DNA of 64,000 nucleotides. Origin: Bacteroidales bacterium. GTDB lineage: Bacteria; Bacteroidota; Bacteroidia; Bacteroidales; VadinHA17. Of this stretch, positions 1 through 8,061 are shown one piece after another. Position numbers and translations under genes: made by a program. A model generated the notes under the pieces. That model did not search any database and was not told where the DNA came from. It saw only the letters and a program-made list of their open reading frames with translations. The number at the start of each line of letters is the position of its first letter. The stretch's first letter is position 1. The DNA is taken from contig JAVVEL010000002.1 in the NCBI GenBank assembly GCA_032260385.1, positions 31,776 to 95,775 on the forward strand, in the 5' to 3' direction.

Positions 1-686
1 GATCTGAATTCCTTCTTGCCTGTTTTCATATTCCAGAAGGGTACGAGGGCACAGTGTGCTGACCCTGTTACGGGGTCCTCAACGATACCCATGTCCGGGA
101 CAAAGCATCTGGCCACAAAGTCAAATTCTTTTTTTGACGATACAGCTGTCACCATAAGTTCACCAAGCCCTGCACTTTGGAGTTTATCAGGATTGGGGCT
201 TACCTTAACAACCTCATCTTCCGAACGCACAAGAACCAGTTTCCAGTTATAGTCACTCTGGTACAGTTCAAGCGCATCAAGGCCAGTGCTTTGTTTGAAT
301 GATGGGGGGATGTCGATTCTCCTGAGGCTGTATACAGGGAAGTTCATAACTATGCTGTTTCCTCTTTTTATTACCGTCAGCTCACCGGCTTTTGAATTAA
401 ATTTAATGGGATTACCTGCGCCCACAATGCCTGTTTCGTAAAGTATGTGAGATGCTGAAAGAGTGGCATGCCCGCATAAATCCACCTCGGTTACCGGGGT
501 AAAGTAACGTATCTCAAATTCATCTCCTCGTGGCATAACGAAAGCGGTTTCAGACAGATTCATTTCCATTGCAAGGTTCTGCATCCTTTCCTGCGAAGGC
601 AGATTACCGGCAATATATACGCCGGCGGGGTTTCCTTTAAATGCTTCAGATGTGAAAGCATCGACCTGATATATAATATTCTTCAT
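1..686 (-). CDS. PhzF-family isomerase (YddE/PhzF-like); its 3' end runs off the window
   Basis: Absent from the ORF track because there is no in-window stop. My reverse-complement translation from the ATG at 684-686 gives MKNIIYQVDAFTSEAFKGNPAGVY...LSETAFV...DLCGHATLSAS...VEDPVTGSAHCALVPFW, which are PhzF-family hallmarks. Confidence 0.8.
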   Translation of the reverse strand, partial: MKNIIYQVDAFTSEAFKGNPAGVYIAGNLPSQERMQNLAMEMNLSETAFVMPRGDEFEIRYFTPVTEVDLCGHATLSASHILYETGIVGAGNPIKFNSKAGELTVIKRGNSIVMNFPVYSLRRIDIPPSFKQSTGLDALELYQSDYNWKLVLVRSEDEVVKVSPNPDKLQSAGLGELMVTAVSSKKEFDFVARCFVPDMGIVEDPVTGSAHCALVPFWNMKTGKKEFR

Positions 687-788
687 TCGTTTAAAATTTT
701 TAGTTTACTGAAAATGAAGAAACTAAGAATTTCTTCACATTCAGGAACTCCCGATGAATTTTAATCATTTTCGTATGTGTATTTTAAA

Positions 789-857
789 ATGTTAAAATTA
801 CTTCGTGAGCTCGCAAGCTCGGTTCGTGCTCGTTTCATTTTGATAATTTAGTTTTTA
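789..857. repeat. Copy 1 of a ~65-bp repeated intergenic element; the partner is at 20125-20197
   Basis: A 37-nt identical core, atgttaaaattacttcgtgagctcgcaagctcggttc, then tcgtttcat, are shared with 20125-20197. It contains the hairpin GAGCT-CGCA-AGCTC. Confidence 0.75.
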
Positions 858-972
858 TAATGTGCACACAATATACTAAATCCTTTCAAGCCTGAAAAAA
901 GGCTCCTGTGACGGGTGATAGTATCATATATAATCGTATTTTGCATATATAAATCATGAAACAAACCTGATA

Positions 973-2016
973 ATGACCATTGATAACAAGGAGAAAGATA
1001 CTATCCCCACAGACAGGAGGATGATAATAAAAACGGTTGATATGCACACATGTGGCGAACCTCTGAGAATAATAACAGGAGGTTTGCCTGAGTTAATGGG
1101 CAATACAATCCTGGAGAGAAGGAAGTATTTTGCCACTCATCATGATAATATACGCATCGCATTAATGTTTGAGCCCAGGGGCCATGCTGATATGTATGGT
1201 GCCGTATTAACAGGGCCATCCTCTGATGGGGCTGATTTTGGAGCCTTTTTTATGCACAATGAGGGTTACAGTACAATGTGCGGACACGCAATAATAGCTA
1301 TTACAAGATTTGCACTTGAGTCGGGCTATGTGAAAAAAGAGGGTAAGAACCCTGTACTTGAAATAGATGTCCCTGCCGGAAGAGTTAAATCAAGGGCTTA
1401 TGTACGGGACGGAAAAGTGGAGAAGGTTTCCTTTCTGAATGTGCCTTCCTTTCTTCTTATAAGGGATGAGACATTGGATGTGCGGGGACTGGGGCGTATT
1501 AGCTTTGACCTTGCCTTTGGAGGTGCTTTTTATGCTTTTTGTGATGCCGGTGACCTGGGCCTTAATCTTGATGCAAGCGACTACAATAAATTAATTGATT
1601 ACGGCAAAAAGATTAAATCTGCCGTGATGGAAAATTTCAGAATAGAGCATCCTTTTGAACCTGAGCTTAGCTTTCTTTACGGTACAATTTTTACCGGTAA
1701 AGCATATGACCTTGATAACTGGAGTCGCAATGTATGTGTCTTTGCCGGGGGTGAAGTAGACCGTTCTCCCACAGGTACCGGGATAAGCGCAAGGGCCGGT
1801 CTTCATTTTACCAAGGGAGAACTGTCAATTAACGAGCGTGTTACCATAGAAAGCATACTTGGGACTACCATGGATGTGGAGATAAAGGAGGTGCTGGAAT
1901 ATGGCTCATATAAGGCTGTGATCCCTGAAGTGACAGCAAGGGCTTATTACACCGGGAGTCATGAATTCTGGATCGACAGTGATGACCCGCTGAAAGAAGG
2001 ATTTATTTTCAGGTAA
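973..2016 (+). CDS. Proline racemase-family enzyme with a Cys/Thr catalytic pair (trans-3-hydroxy-L-proline dehydratase-like)
   Basis: Motifs VDMHTCGEPLRII, STMCGHA (Cys103) and VDRSPTGTG (Thr267 where racemases and epimerases have Cys). The start could instead be the internal Met at aa 17. Confidence 0.8.
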   Translation: MTIDNKEKDTIPTDRRMIIKTVDMHTCGEPLRIITGGLPELMGNTILERRKYFATHHDNIRIALMFEPRGHADMYGAVLTGPSSDGADFGAFFMHNEGYSTMCGHAIIAITRFALESGYVKKEGKNPVLEIDVPAGRVKSRAYVRDGKVEKVSFLNVPSFLLIRDETLDVRGLGRISFDLAFGGAFYAFCDAGDLGLNLDASDYNKLIDYGKKIKSAVMENFRIEHPFEPELSFLYGTIFTGKAYDLDNWSRNVCVFAGGEVDRSPTGTGISARAGLHFTKGELSINERVTIESILGTTMDVEIKEVLEYGSYKAVIPEVTARAYYTGSHEFWIDSDDPLKEGFIFR

Positions 2017-2114
2017 TGCTGTAATTCTTACCGGGAGAAGAATAATGGCGGGACCGGAATAAAAGACCGGCCATAATTGTCTAATCAGAAAGTATTATTA
2101 ACAAATAAAAAATC

Positions 2115-2504
2115 ATGAAAAAGATAATAAAAGGTATGGGAGTGCTCATTCTCTCTATGATTATGACCTCTGCTTTTGGTCAGCAGAGAGGGCAGGGGAT
2201 GCGCCAGGTGGATCCTGATGAGATGGCAAAGCGTCAGCTTGAACAGATGAAAGAGATCATTGAACTGAAAAATAACAAGGAAGAAAAAGCTGTTAAGGAA
2301 GTCTTCGTTAAGTATGCAAAGGAACGGCAAAAAATGTTCAGCGAAATGGAAAGGGGAGGTGAACCGGGTGCCAACAGGGATAAAATGGATGAATTGCTGA
2401 ATAAGCAGAATGAGGAACTGAAAGGCATTCTTGGAGAAGAACGCTTTAAAACCTACGATACCAGGATGCAGGAATTAAGACGTAACAGAATGCGAAGAAA
2501 TTAG
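2115..2504 (+). CDS. Small secreted Lys/Glu-rich helical protein (Spy/CpxP-like or DUF4890-like); function unknown
   Basis: Signal peptide MKKIIKGMGVLILSMIMTSAFGQQ followed by a charged helical sequence. No catalytic motif. Confidence 0.4.
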   Translation: MKKIIKGMGVLILSMIMTSAFGQQRGQGMRQVDPDEMAKRQLEQMKEIIELKNNKEEKAVKEVFVKYAKERQKMFSEMERGGEPGANRDKMDELLNKQNEELKGILGEERFKTYDTRMQELRRNRMRRN

Positions 2505-2527
2505 CAGGTCCCACGCTAAAATTTATA

Positions 2528-2560
2528 AGCCGGGTAAGCTATTTGCACCCGGCTTTTATC
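2528..2560. terminator. Hairpin terminator between convergent genes
   Basis: Perfect 8-bp stem AGCCGGGT/ACCCGGCT with an 11-nt loop, followed by TTTTATCTTT. The 3' arm overlaps the last codons of the minus-strand gene. Confidence 0.55.
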
Positions 2561-3321
2561 TTTATTATAGTTATTTCCGGTGACATGCCAATGCGGGCAG
2601 GGATACCTATGGTACCCAGTCCGCGATTTACATACAGATAATTATTATCCCTGCCATAAAGACCGTTCCATGCCGGGTAGAGGATGCTTGCCGGACTCAG
2701 TTGAAATCCGGGCAGCAATATTCCTGTCTGCATTCCATGGGTATGCCCTGATAAGGTGAGTTCAATATCATCCCGGTACTGAATTTCACGCAGCCAGTGA
2801 TTGGGATCATGGCTTAGTAAAATATTGAAATCAGAATTGACGGTTCCCTCAAAGGCACCTTCTGTGTCACCGTAATAAAGATCCGGAACCATCCCGTAAG
2901 TAACTATCCCGGTAAGCGAAACAGTCAGGCTATCAACAGTTATAAAGATGCTGGTGTCATTAAGGAAGGTATGATGAGAATTTTCCAGCATTTTCCTGAT
3001 AATGCCCAGGTGCTCGTCGTAATTCCCACCATTGTATTCTTTGCTGTAAAGGCCCGTATCATGATTTCCCGGAATAGCATATACTCCATACCTGGCATGC
3101 AATGATCCCAGTAATACGGTAAAGGCTTCCATTTCGTTCCACAGAAAGGTGACAAAGTCACCGGTATTGACTATAATATCGGGTTCATAAGAATTAATGC
3201 TGTCAAAAACCTGTACTAATTTATCCCGGTGTCCGATGAAGCTCTTGAGGTGGAGGTCGGAGATATGGGCTACAGTAAATCCGTCGAGTGCGGCAGGCAG
3301 TTTATCATATTCAATTTCCAC
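2539..3321 (-). CDS. Calcineurin-like metallophosphoesterase (YkuE/YaeI-like)
   Basis: Motifs AHISDLHL, NTGDFV, GNHD and SGHTHG. The tracked start is a GTG, and an in-frame TM helix lies upstream with no canonical start (see findings). Confidence 0.8.
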   Translation of the reverse strand: MEIEYDKLPAALDGFTVAHISDLHLKSFIGHRDKLVQVFDSINSYEPDIIVNTGDFVTFLWNEMEAFTVLLGSLHARYGVYAIPGNHDTGLYSKEYNGGNYDEHLGIIRKMLENSHHTFLNDTSIFITVDSLTVSLTGIVTYGMVPDLYYGDTEGAFEGTVNSDFNILLSHDPNHWLREIQYRDDIELTLSGHTHGMQTGILLPGFQLSPASILYPAWNGLYGRDNNYLYVNRGLGTIGIPARIGMSPEITIIKIKAGCK

Positions 3322-3546
3322 AATCCTGTACTTAAAATTAAATCTTCCATGGAAGATGCCAAGCAGTAAGATAAGTAAAAACAGGCCCGGCAGGCCGATA
3401 ATGAACCACCGGAGTACATGATGCCTTCTATTACTTGTTTTCTTGTTCAGCGGTATGTATTTTTTAAATATTTTAAAGGATAAAGATACTTTTTCACTCG
3501 GTAGACTGGAAGCTAATCATTATCTTTTGCAAAAAAAGATCCCGCT

Positions 3547-3987
3547 ATGCTTAAAGTGGATTTTCATTCGCCGGACTTTCTTCCGGATTGTGGGCTTACC
3601 TTTGTAATAATTGGAGCCAGGTACAAAGGTAACTGGATCTTCATAAGGCATAAACACAGGAAGGCATATGAGCTTCCGGCAGGACATATCAATCATTCCG
3701 AGGAGGCTGGTGATGCGGCCAGGAGGGAGCTGGAGGAAGAAACAGGGGCATTGAAATACACTATTGAGTGTATTGCAACCTATACAGTAAGTGAAGATGG
3801 GAAGGCCAGGGCAGGAAGATTATATTATGCAGTGGTCAGGGCTATGAGTGAGGAAGTGGATGATAATGAAGTTGATGAAGTCTTATTATGCGGATCGCTG
3901 CCTCAGGAATTAAGTTTTCCCTATGTTCAGGCTGCCTTATTTGCTTACCTTGAAAAATATCATGCCCGTCAGATAAATTCAAGGTAG
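3547..3987 (+). CDS. NUDIX hydrolase
   Basis: Nudix box GHINHSEEAGDAARRELEEETGA. Confidence 0.8.
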   Translation: MLKVDFHSPDFLPDCGLTFVIIGARYKGNWIFIRHKHRKAYELPAGHINHSEEAGDAARRELEEETGALKYTIECIATYTVSEDGKARAGRLYYAVVRAMSEEVDDNEVDEVLLCGSLPQELSFPYVQAALFAYLEKYHARQINSR

Positions 3988-5150
3988 ACTTCCTTAAGCC
4001 AGTTTTCTTCAAGCATTGCAGCTATCTTCTTCACAACATTACGCCTTATTTCAAGATCAACCGGAAGGTTTGGATCCTGGTGTGCAATATTGATCCTGGT
4101 ACCAATGATGAACCTGATCTCATCTGATTCCATGAATAGCCTGACTATTTTATCAGCCGGACCCTTGCCGGGTTTGTGTTTTTTATAATTCCCAAGAATT
4201 TCGGCTACTTTTTGGAGGCTCAATATACCTTCGGTGACAAGGTCTATTCCTTCAATAAAACTTTCAGGCGGCAGTTCGGGATCTTCAAAAACCATATTGT
4301 CAGTTATTTCCTTTCCTGTTTCCCTTGCTATTATATCTGCTGTAGTGCCACCGCTGATAATTACTCTTCCGCTGAAATCCCTGACCTTTGCCGCAAGTGA
4401 CTTATCGTTTTCCTTTTCATAGGGAGGTCCCGTACACAGCAGCAGCTTCCTGGGCTCCCTGAAATATATCCCGGCGCAACTTGTATCGTCCCTTGAGCTG
4501 TATTCATCGTTCTTATGAGCCATGGTGATAATTTTTGAAGCCAGTTTACCTGCTGATATTGTCGGTTCGGATGATATTAACATCCTTGAGTAGCTTATTA
4601 AATTTTCCCTGCCCCATCCAAAGGGATAGCTTTCACTTCCCATTCCGCTCTGTACAACGCCATCGGTGCATGTTATTATCCTGTCCTCCTTCTCGGCCGT
4701 GAAAGAGCACGTGAGGAGCTGCCTGCCGGCATGCTTACCTTCAGTAAGCTCTACTTTCTTCCAGGATGGTTCGTATATTCCGGTGCCCCTGATTACTATG
4801 CAGGGAGGATTGTCAAACTCCAGAATGGTGACCCTTCCGTTAACTTCAATATCGATAATGGTAAAAGTGGCATAGCTGATCTTTCTCTCAGAACATACCG
4901 GCAAAGTATTCATTATAATGGATGCAATCTTTTCTACCTCCCTGTGTTCACGAGTAAAATTTAATGCCATGGTTGCACTGAGAGTCGCCAGGATATTTGC
5001 CTTTACACCATGACCCATGCCATCGGAAAGCACGGTAATAATTCGTCCTTCCTCCCTGATTCTTCTTGACAGAAAGACATCACCACAAATCTTCTCTTCA
5101 TGATGACTTCTCTGCTGGCAGTCAACTTCTATATGAAACTCCTTGTTCAC
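3969..5150 (-). CDS. PP2C/SpoIIE-family Ser/Thr phosphatase with a ~170-aa C-terminal domain of unknown function
   Basis: CGDVF...VLSDGMGHGVKA...DGV at the N-terminus. It is the last gene of the ferredoxin / HydS-PAS / phosphatase operon, with an 11-nt gap to the upstream gene. Confidence 0.8.
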   Translation of the reverse strand: MNKEFHIEVDCQQRSHHEEKICGDVFLSRRIREEGRIITVLSDGMGHGVKANILATLSATMALNFTREHREVEKIASIIMNTLPVCSERKISYATFTIIDIEVNGRVTILEFDNPPCIVIRGTGIYEPSWKKVELTEGKHAGRQLLTCSFTAEKEDRIITCTDGVVQSGMGSESYPFGWGRENLISYSRMLISSEPTISAGKLASKIITMAHKNDEYSSRDDTSCAGIYFREPRKLLLCTGPPYEKENDKSLAAKVRDFSGRVIISGGTTADIIARETGKEITDNMVFEDPELPPESFIEGIDLVTEGILSLQKVAEILGNYKKHKPGKGPADKIVRLFMESDEIRFIIGTRINIAHQDPNLPVDLEIRRNVVKKIAAMLEENWLKEVYLEFI

Positions 5151-5161
5151 CGGCCCTGGTA

Positions 5162-7036
5162 TTAATTCTGAGTCTTATTATCTTCCTTGTTTTTCCTGTA
5201 TGATTCCAGTATCGAATTAAGCATTTTTTCAGTTTCTGAAGCTCCCTCTCCGAGGAGGAAGCCTATTTTCTGAACCATATCGAGATTCTTTTCGATCACA
5301 TCATTGATCCGCATAATTATTTCTTCCCTCTGAACCTCCGGTGAAAACATATCGCGTAATACAGCCCCGGCTATCTTGCCCTTGCTTATCGGAAACACAG
5401 AAATGTTAAGCATCGTCTCGTTAAATCTTATGTCCCTGTTAACAACCGACTCATCCTGCCTCAGAGCATAGGTAAACATGTTATAGACATTGAAGGGCAG
5501 AATGGATTTAAGATCAGCGCCCTTTAGCCCCGGTATGATTTCTGAAATATTTACTGCATCCTCTCCTGCAATATTTATAAATGACTTATTTGAATGAATT
5601 ATCTTCAGGTTCTGGTCGACAATGACCACAGCCGAGGGAAGTTTTTCAAGCATTGAATTAACCGTTTCTGAAGCTTCCTGTGTCAGCTCTTTTTCCCTGC
5701 GTGCCTGAGTTTCCGATTCGCGGAGGGCTTTTTGGGTCTCTGACAATTTTTTATTTGTTATTCTCAGTTTTTCAATATACTCCTGTTTGTTCCTGATATT
5801 ATATTTGTGACACATCTCCGGGATTGTCAGTCCCATTGCCACCGTTACTGCAAAATCACGGCACGATTCGTAACCGCAGGCACCGCAGTTGTCTTCAATC
5901 CGGTCGCCTGTTCTTCCAATTATCCTCAGTACTTCATTAATGGCTGATTCGGGAGGTTCGGGGATTCTCTGATCATCAGCCCGAAATTTTCTTGAATAAT
6001 CAAGCACACTCCACTTCTTCATATCCTTTTCCCATTGCTCCCTGTCGAGTTCTTTAAGCCTTTTATCAGTGTAGAGCCTTACCAGGTTACGCCTCCTGTA
6101 CCTTTCGTTGTGATGGTCCATCCCGGGACCCAGCAGGCAACCCTGGCAAAAGAAAAGGTTGAAATGATGCTTTATGATGTCAATGTGGCTGTGAAAATCC
6201 TTTACCGCCTCGCTTATGTCATCTTTACCGGAAGCGGTAATAATGCCACTTTCCATAACATCACGCTTTATTCCTGCCGCATATATTATCCCCGAGGGTA
6301 TTGGAAATAAGGCCCCATAATTGCCGTATGGAGGATCGAAATCAGAATTTTTTACTTTTTTTTCTTCTATCCCTGCTTCTTCGAAAAGCTTCCTCAGTTC
6401 AATGAAGGTAAGAACCGAATCAATTGTGCCCTTGCCCTTCCCGCTTAATGCCTCGTCCTTGCTGTCAATACAGGGGCCAATGTAGATAAGGTTGGTAGCT
6501 TCACCATATTTCTCCCTGGCTATCATCCCGGTAGCGACCATGGGAGACACCAGGGGAGCAAGGTTTGACGCGAGCCCCGGATAGTATTTTTCAATCATCT
6601 TTACAATGACGGGGCAATTCGATGTAATATAATACTTACCCCGGGCTGATTCGAACAAGTCGCGGTAGAGTGCAGCAATTATGTCAACCCCGAAAGAAAC
6701 TTCGTGAACATGGTCAAAACCCAGTTGTCTCACCATCGCAACAAGCTTCCTGTAGTCGGTTATGTCATCAAACTCCGAGGCTATGCTGGGGGCAACCAGC
6801 GCAATATTTTTTTTTCCGTTCCTGAGTAATTTGAGCGTTTCTTCCGTTGAATCCCTGAATCTTACAGCCCCGGCTGAGCAGGCTATAAAACATAGTCCGC
6901 AGCCAATACACCTGTCAGGGATTATGGCAGGATGCTGATTGCCCGCCTTTACCTCGATGGCCTTAACCGGACAAACCCTGATACAACTGTATGAATCGGT
7001 GCATTTATCCTGGTCAATGTATATTATGGGCTCCAT
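5162..7036 (-). CDS. Sensory-type [FeFe]-hydrogenase-like protein with a C-terminal PAS domain (HydS/HfsB-like)
   Basis: N-terminal 2x[4Fe-4S] motifs (CTDSYSCIRVCP, CIGCGLCFIACS). H-cluster motifs TSNCP, GPCIDSKDE and FFCQGCLLGPG. A Cx2Cx4Cx16C motif at aa 384-409, a coiled coil, and a PAS-like segment at about aa 460-565. Confidence 0.85.
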   Translation of the reverse strand: MEPIIYIDQDKCTDSYSCIRVCPVKAIEVKAGNQHPAIIPDRCIGCGLCFIACSAGAVRFRDSTEETLKLLRNGKKNIALVAPSIASEFDDITDYRKLVAMVRQLGFDHVHEVSFGVDIIAALYRDLFESARGKYYITSNCPVIVKMIEKYYPGLASNLAPLVSPMVATGMIAREKYGEATNLIYIGPCIDSKDEALSGKGKGTIDSVLTFIELRKLFEEAGIEEKKVKNSDFDPPYGNYGALFPIPSGIIYAAGIKRDVMESGIITASGKDDISEAVKDFHSHIDIIKHHFNLFFCQGCLLGPGMDHHNERYRRRNLVRLYTDKRLKELDREQWEKDMKKWSVLDYSRKFRADDQRIPEPPESAINEVLRIIGRTGDRIEDNCGACGYESCRDFAVTVAMGLTIPEMCHKYNIRNKQEYIEKLRITNKKLSETQKALRESETQARREKELTQEASETVNSMLEKLPSAVVIVDQNLKIIHSNKSFINIAGEDAVNISEIIPGLKGADLKSILPFNVYNMFTYALRQDESVVNRDIRFNETMLNISVFPISKGKIAGAVLRDMFSPEVQREEIIMRINDVIEKNLDMVQKIGFLLGEGASETEKMLNSILESYRKNKEDNKTQN

Positions 7037-7050
7037 AGTTGCTTGTTTAA

Positions 7051-7305
7051 TTATATATTAATACCGGGCCTATCTTTAAGTATCATTTCGATATTGCCCT
7101 TCTTAATATCCCCTATAATATCATCATTAAACGAAATATTGGGTCCTTTCTGGCAATTGCCCAGGCAATGCGAGCCCTTGATAACAAGCTTGTCCCTGAG
7201 ATGATGCTTCTCAAGAAAGGAATTAAGCTCTTCTACAATATCTTTATTCCCCCGTGCAAAGCATGAACTGCCAAGGCATATCCTTATTTCATCAGGTTTT
7301 TTCAA
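7051..7305 (-). CDS. Small thioredoxin-like [2Fe-2S] ferredoxin (NuoE/HydC-fold)
   Basis: CLGSSC...CLGNC four-Cys pattern. TTG start at 7303-7305. First gene of the minus-strand operon. Confidence 0.7.
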   Translation of the reverse strand: MKKPDEIRICLGSSCFARGNKDIVEELNSFLEKHHLRDKLVIKGSHCLGNCQKGPNISFNDDIIGDIKKGNIEMILKDRPGINI

Positions 7306-7330
7306 TTTTGTTGTTTATTTAATAACATTC

Positions 7331-7338
7331 CAAATTTA
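7331..7338 (-). promoter_or_regulatory. Bacteroidota-type -7 promoter box (TAAATTTG) for the ferredoxin / HydS-PAS / PP2C operon
   Basis: The reverse complement of caaattta matches TAnnTTTG, 26-33 nt upstream of the TTG start. Confidence 0.3.
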
Positions 7339-7504
7339 ATCAAATAATCAATACTGCTTAAAGAATTGAATTACTTTTTAAGAGCTGCAGTAATTTCTAT
7401 TTATTATTTGGTGGCTAATTGCAGGTTTATTATCGAATTGAAGTCCTGGATATATTAATACATTATATATCAATAAAATAACATTAGTATATTTAGTTAT
7501 TTTG

Positions 7505-7524
7505 AGTGTTAATAAAATAACACT
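7505..7524. promoter_or_regulatory. Candidate Rex operator (perfect 7-bp inverted repeat)
   Basis: AGTGTTA-ATAAAA-TAACACT. The inner 18-mer GTGTTAATAAAATAACAC matches the clostridial/thermotogal Rex consensus TTGTTAAnnnnTTAACAA at 11 of 14 defined positions. It lies about 60 nt upstream of the hydC ATG, and a rex gene is in the same locus. Confidence 0.4.
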
Positions 7525-7553
7525 GTTTAATGCGTAACAATAAATATATTGTT

Positions 7554-7561
7554 TATATTTG
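7554..7561 (+). promoter_or_regulatory. -7 promoter box TATATTTG for the hydCBA operon
   Basis: Matches TAnnTTTG. It sits inside a 16-mer, ATTGTTTATATTTGTA (7548-7563), that is repeated identically at 15237-15252. Confidence 0.45.
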
Positions 7562-7581
7562 TAGTGCAAGAATATTTCCAT

Positions 7582-8061
7582 ATGAAAATGGATAAAAAAA
7601 CAAGGAATAATCCAGGTAAATATAAGACTTCCGGACGGAATGACCTGATAACTCTCTTACAGGAGATTCAGGCTGAAAAGGGGTTTATTTCTGAGGAATC
7701 AATTAAAGCACTTGGGGAGCTTCTTGGAATAAGCACCACCAAAATATACGGGGTAGCAAGTTTTTATGATGGTTTTCGCTTTTCGCCCGGGGGCAGGGTA
7801 TATATACGTCTATGTAAGGGAACAGCTTGCTATGTGAACAGGACTTTTAATATTGCTGAGCTTATATCGGAAGAGCTTAAGATCAAACCGGGTGAGACAT
7901 CACCTGACGGGAAGCTCAGTATTGAGATGGTCGATTGTATGGGGGCATGTCATCTAGGGCCCCTGATAGCCGTAAATGAAAGATATTATACAATAGGTTC
8001 AGAAAGAGAACTACGACAAATACTTGGGAGGATAAAGAAGGATGAGCAGTCAGTCGTCTGA
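7582..8061 (+). CDS. hydC: [FeFe]-hydrogenase NuoE-like [2Fe-2S] subunit
   Basis: CKGTAC...CMGAC pattern and NuoE-like LLQEIQAEKGFIS. I prefer the ATG at 7582 over the TTG at 7549 in the track. Confidence 0.85.
   Translation: MKMDKKTRNNPGKYKTSGRNDLITLLQEIQAEKGFISEESIKALGELLGISTTKIYGVASFYDGFRFSPGGRVYIRLCKGTACYVNRTFNIAELISEELKIKPGETSPDGKLSIEMVDCMGACHLGPLIAVNERYYTIGSERELRQILGRIKKDEQSVV

Noticed and set aside
7378-7581. A 67-aa minus-strand ORF in the hydrogenase control region.
   Set aside because: The sequence is extremely AT-rich and low in complexity (Tyr/Ile/Asn/Leu-rich). It sits across the predicted promoters and palindromes and has no motif.
8042-8061. The 20-nt hydC/hydB overlap as a possible programmed frameshift that would fuse the two subunits.
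   Set aside because: There is no slippery heptamer or downstream structure. hydB has its own ATG, so simple translational coupling explains the overlap.
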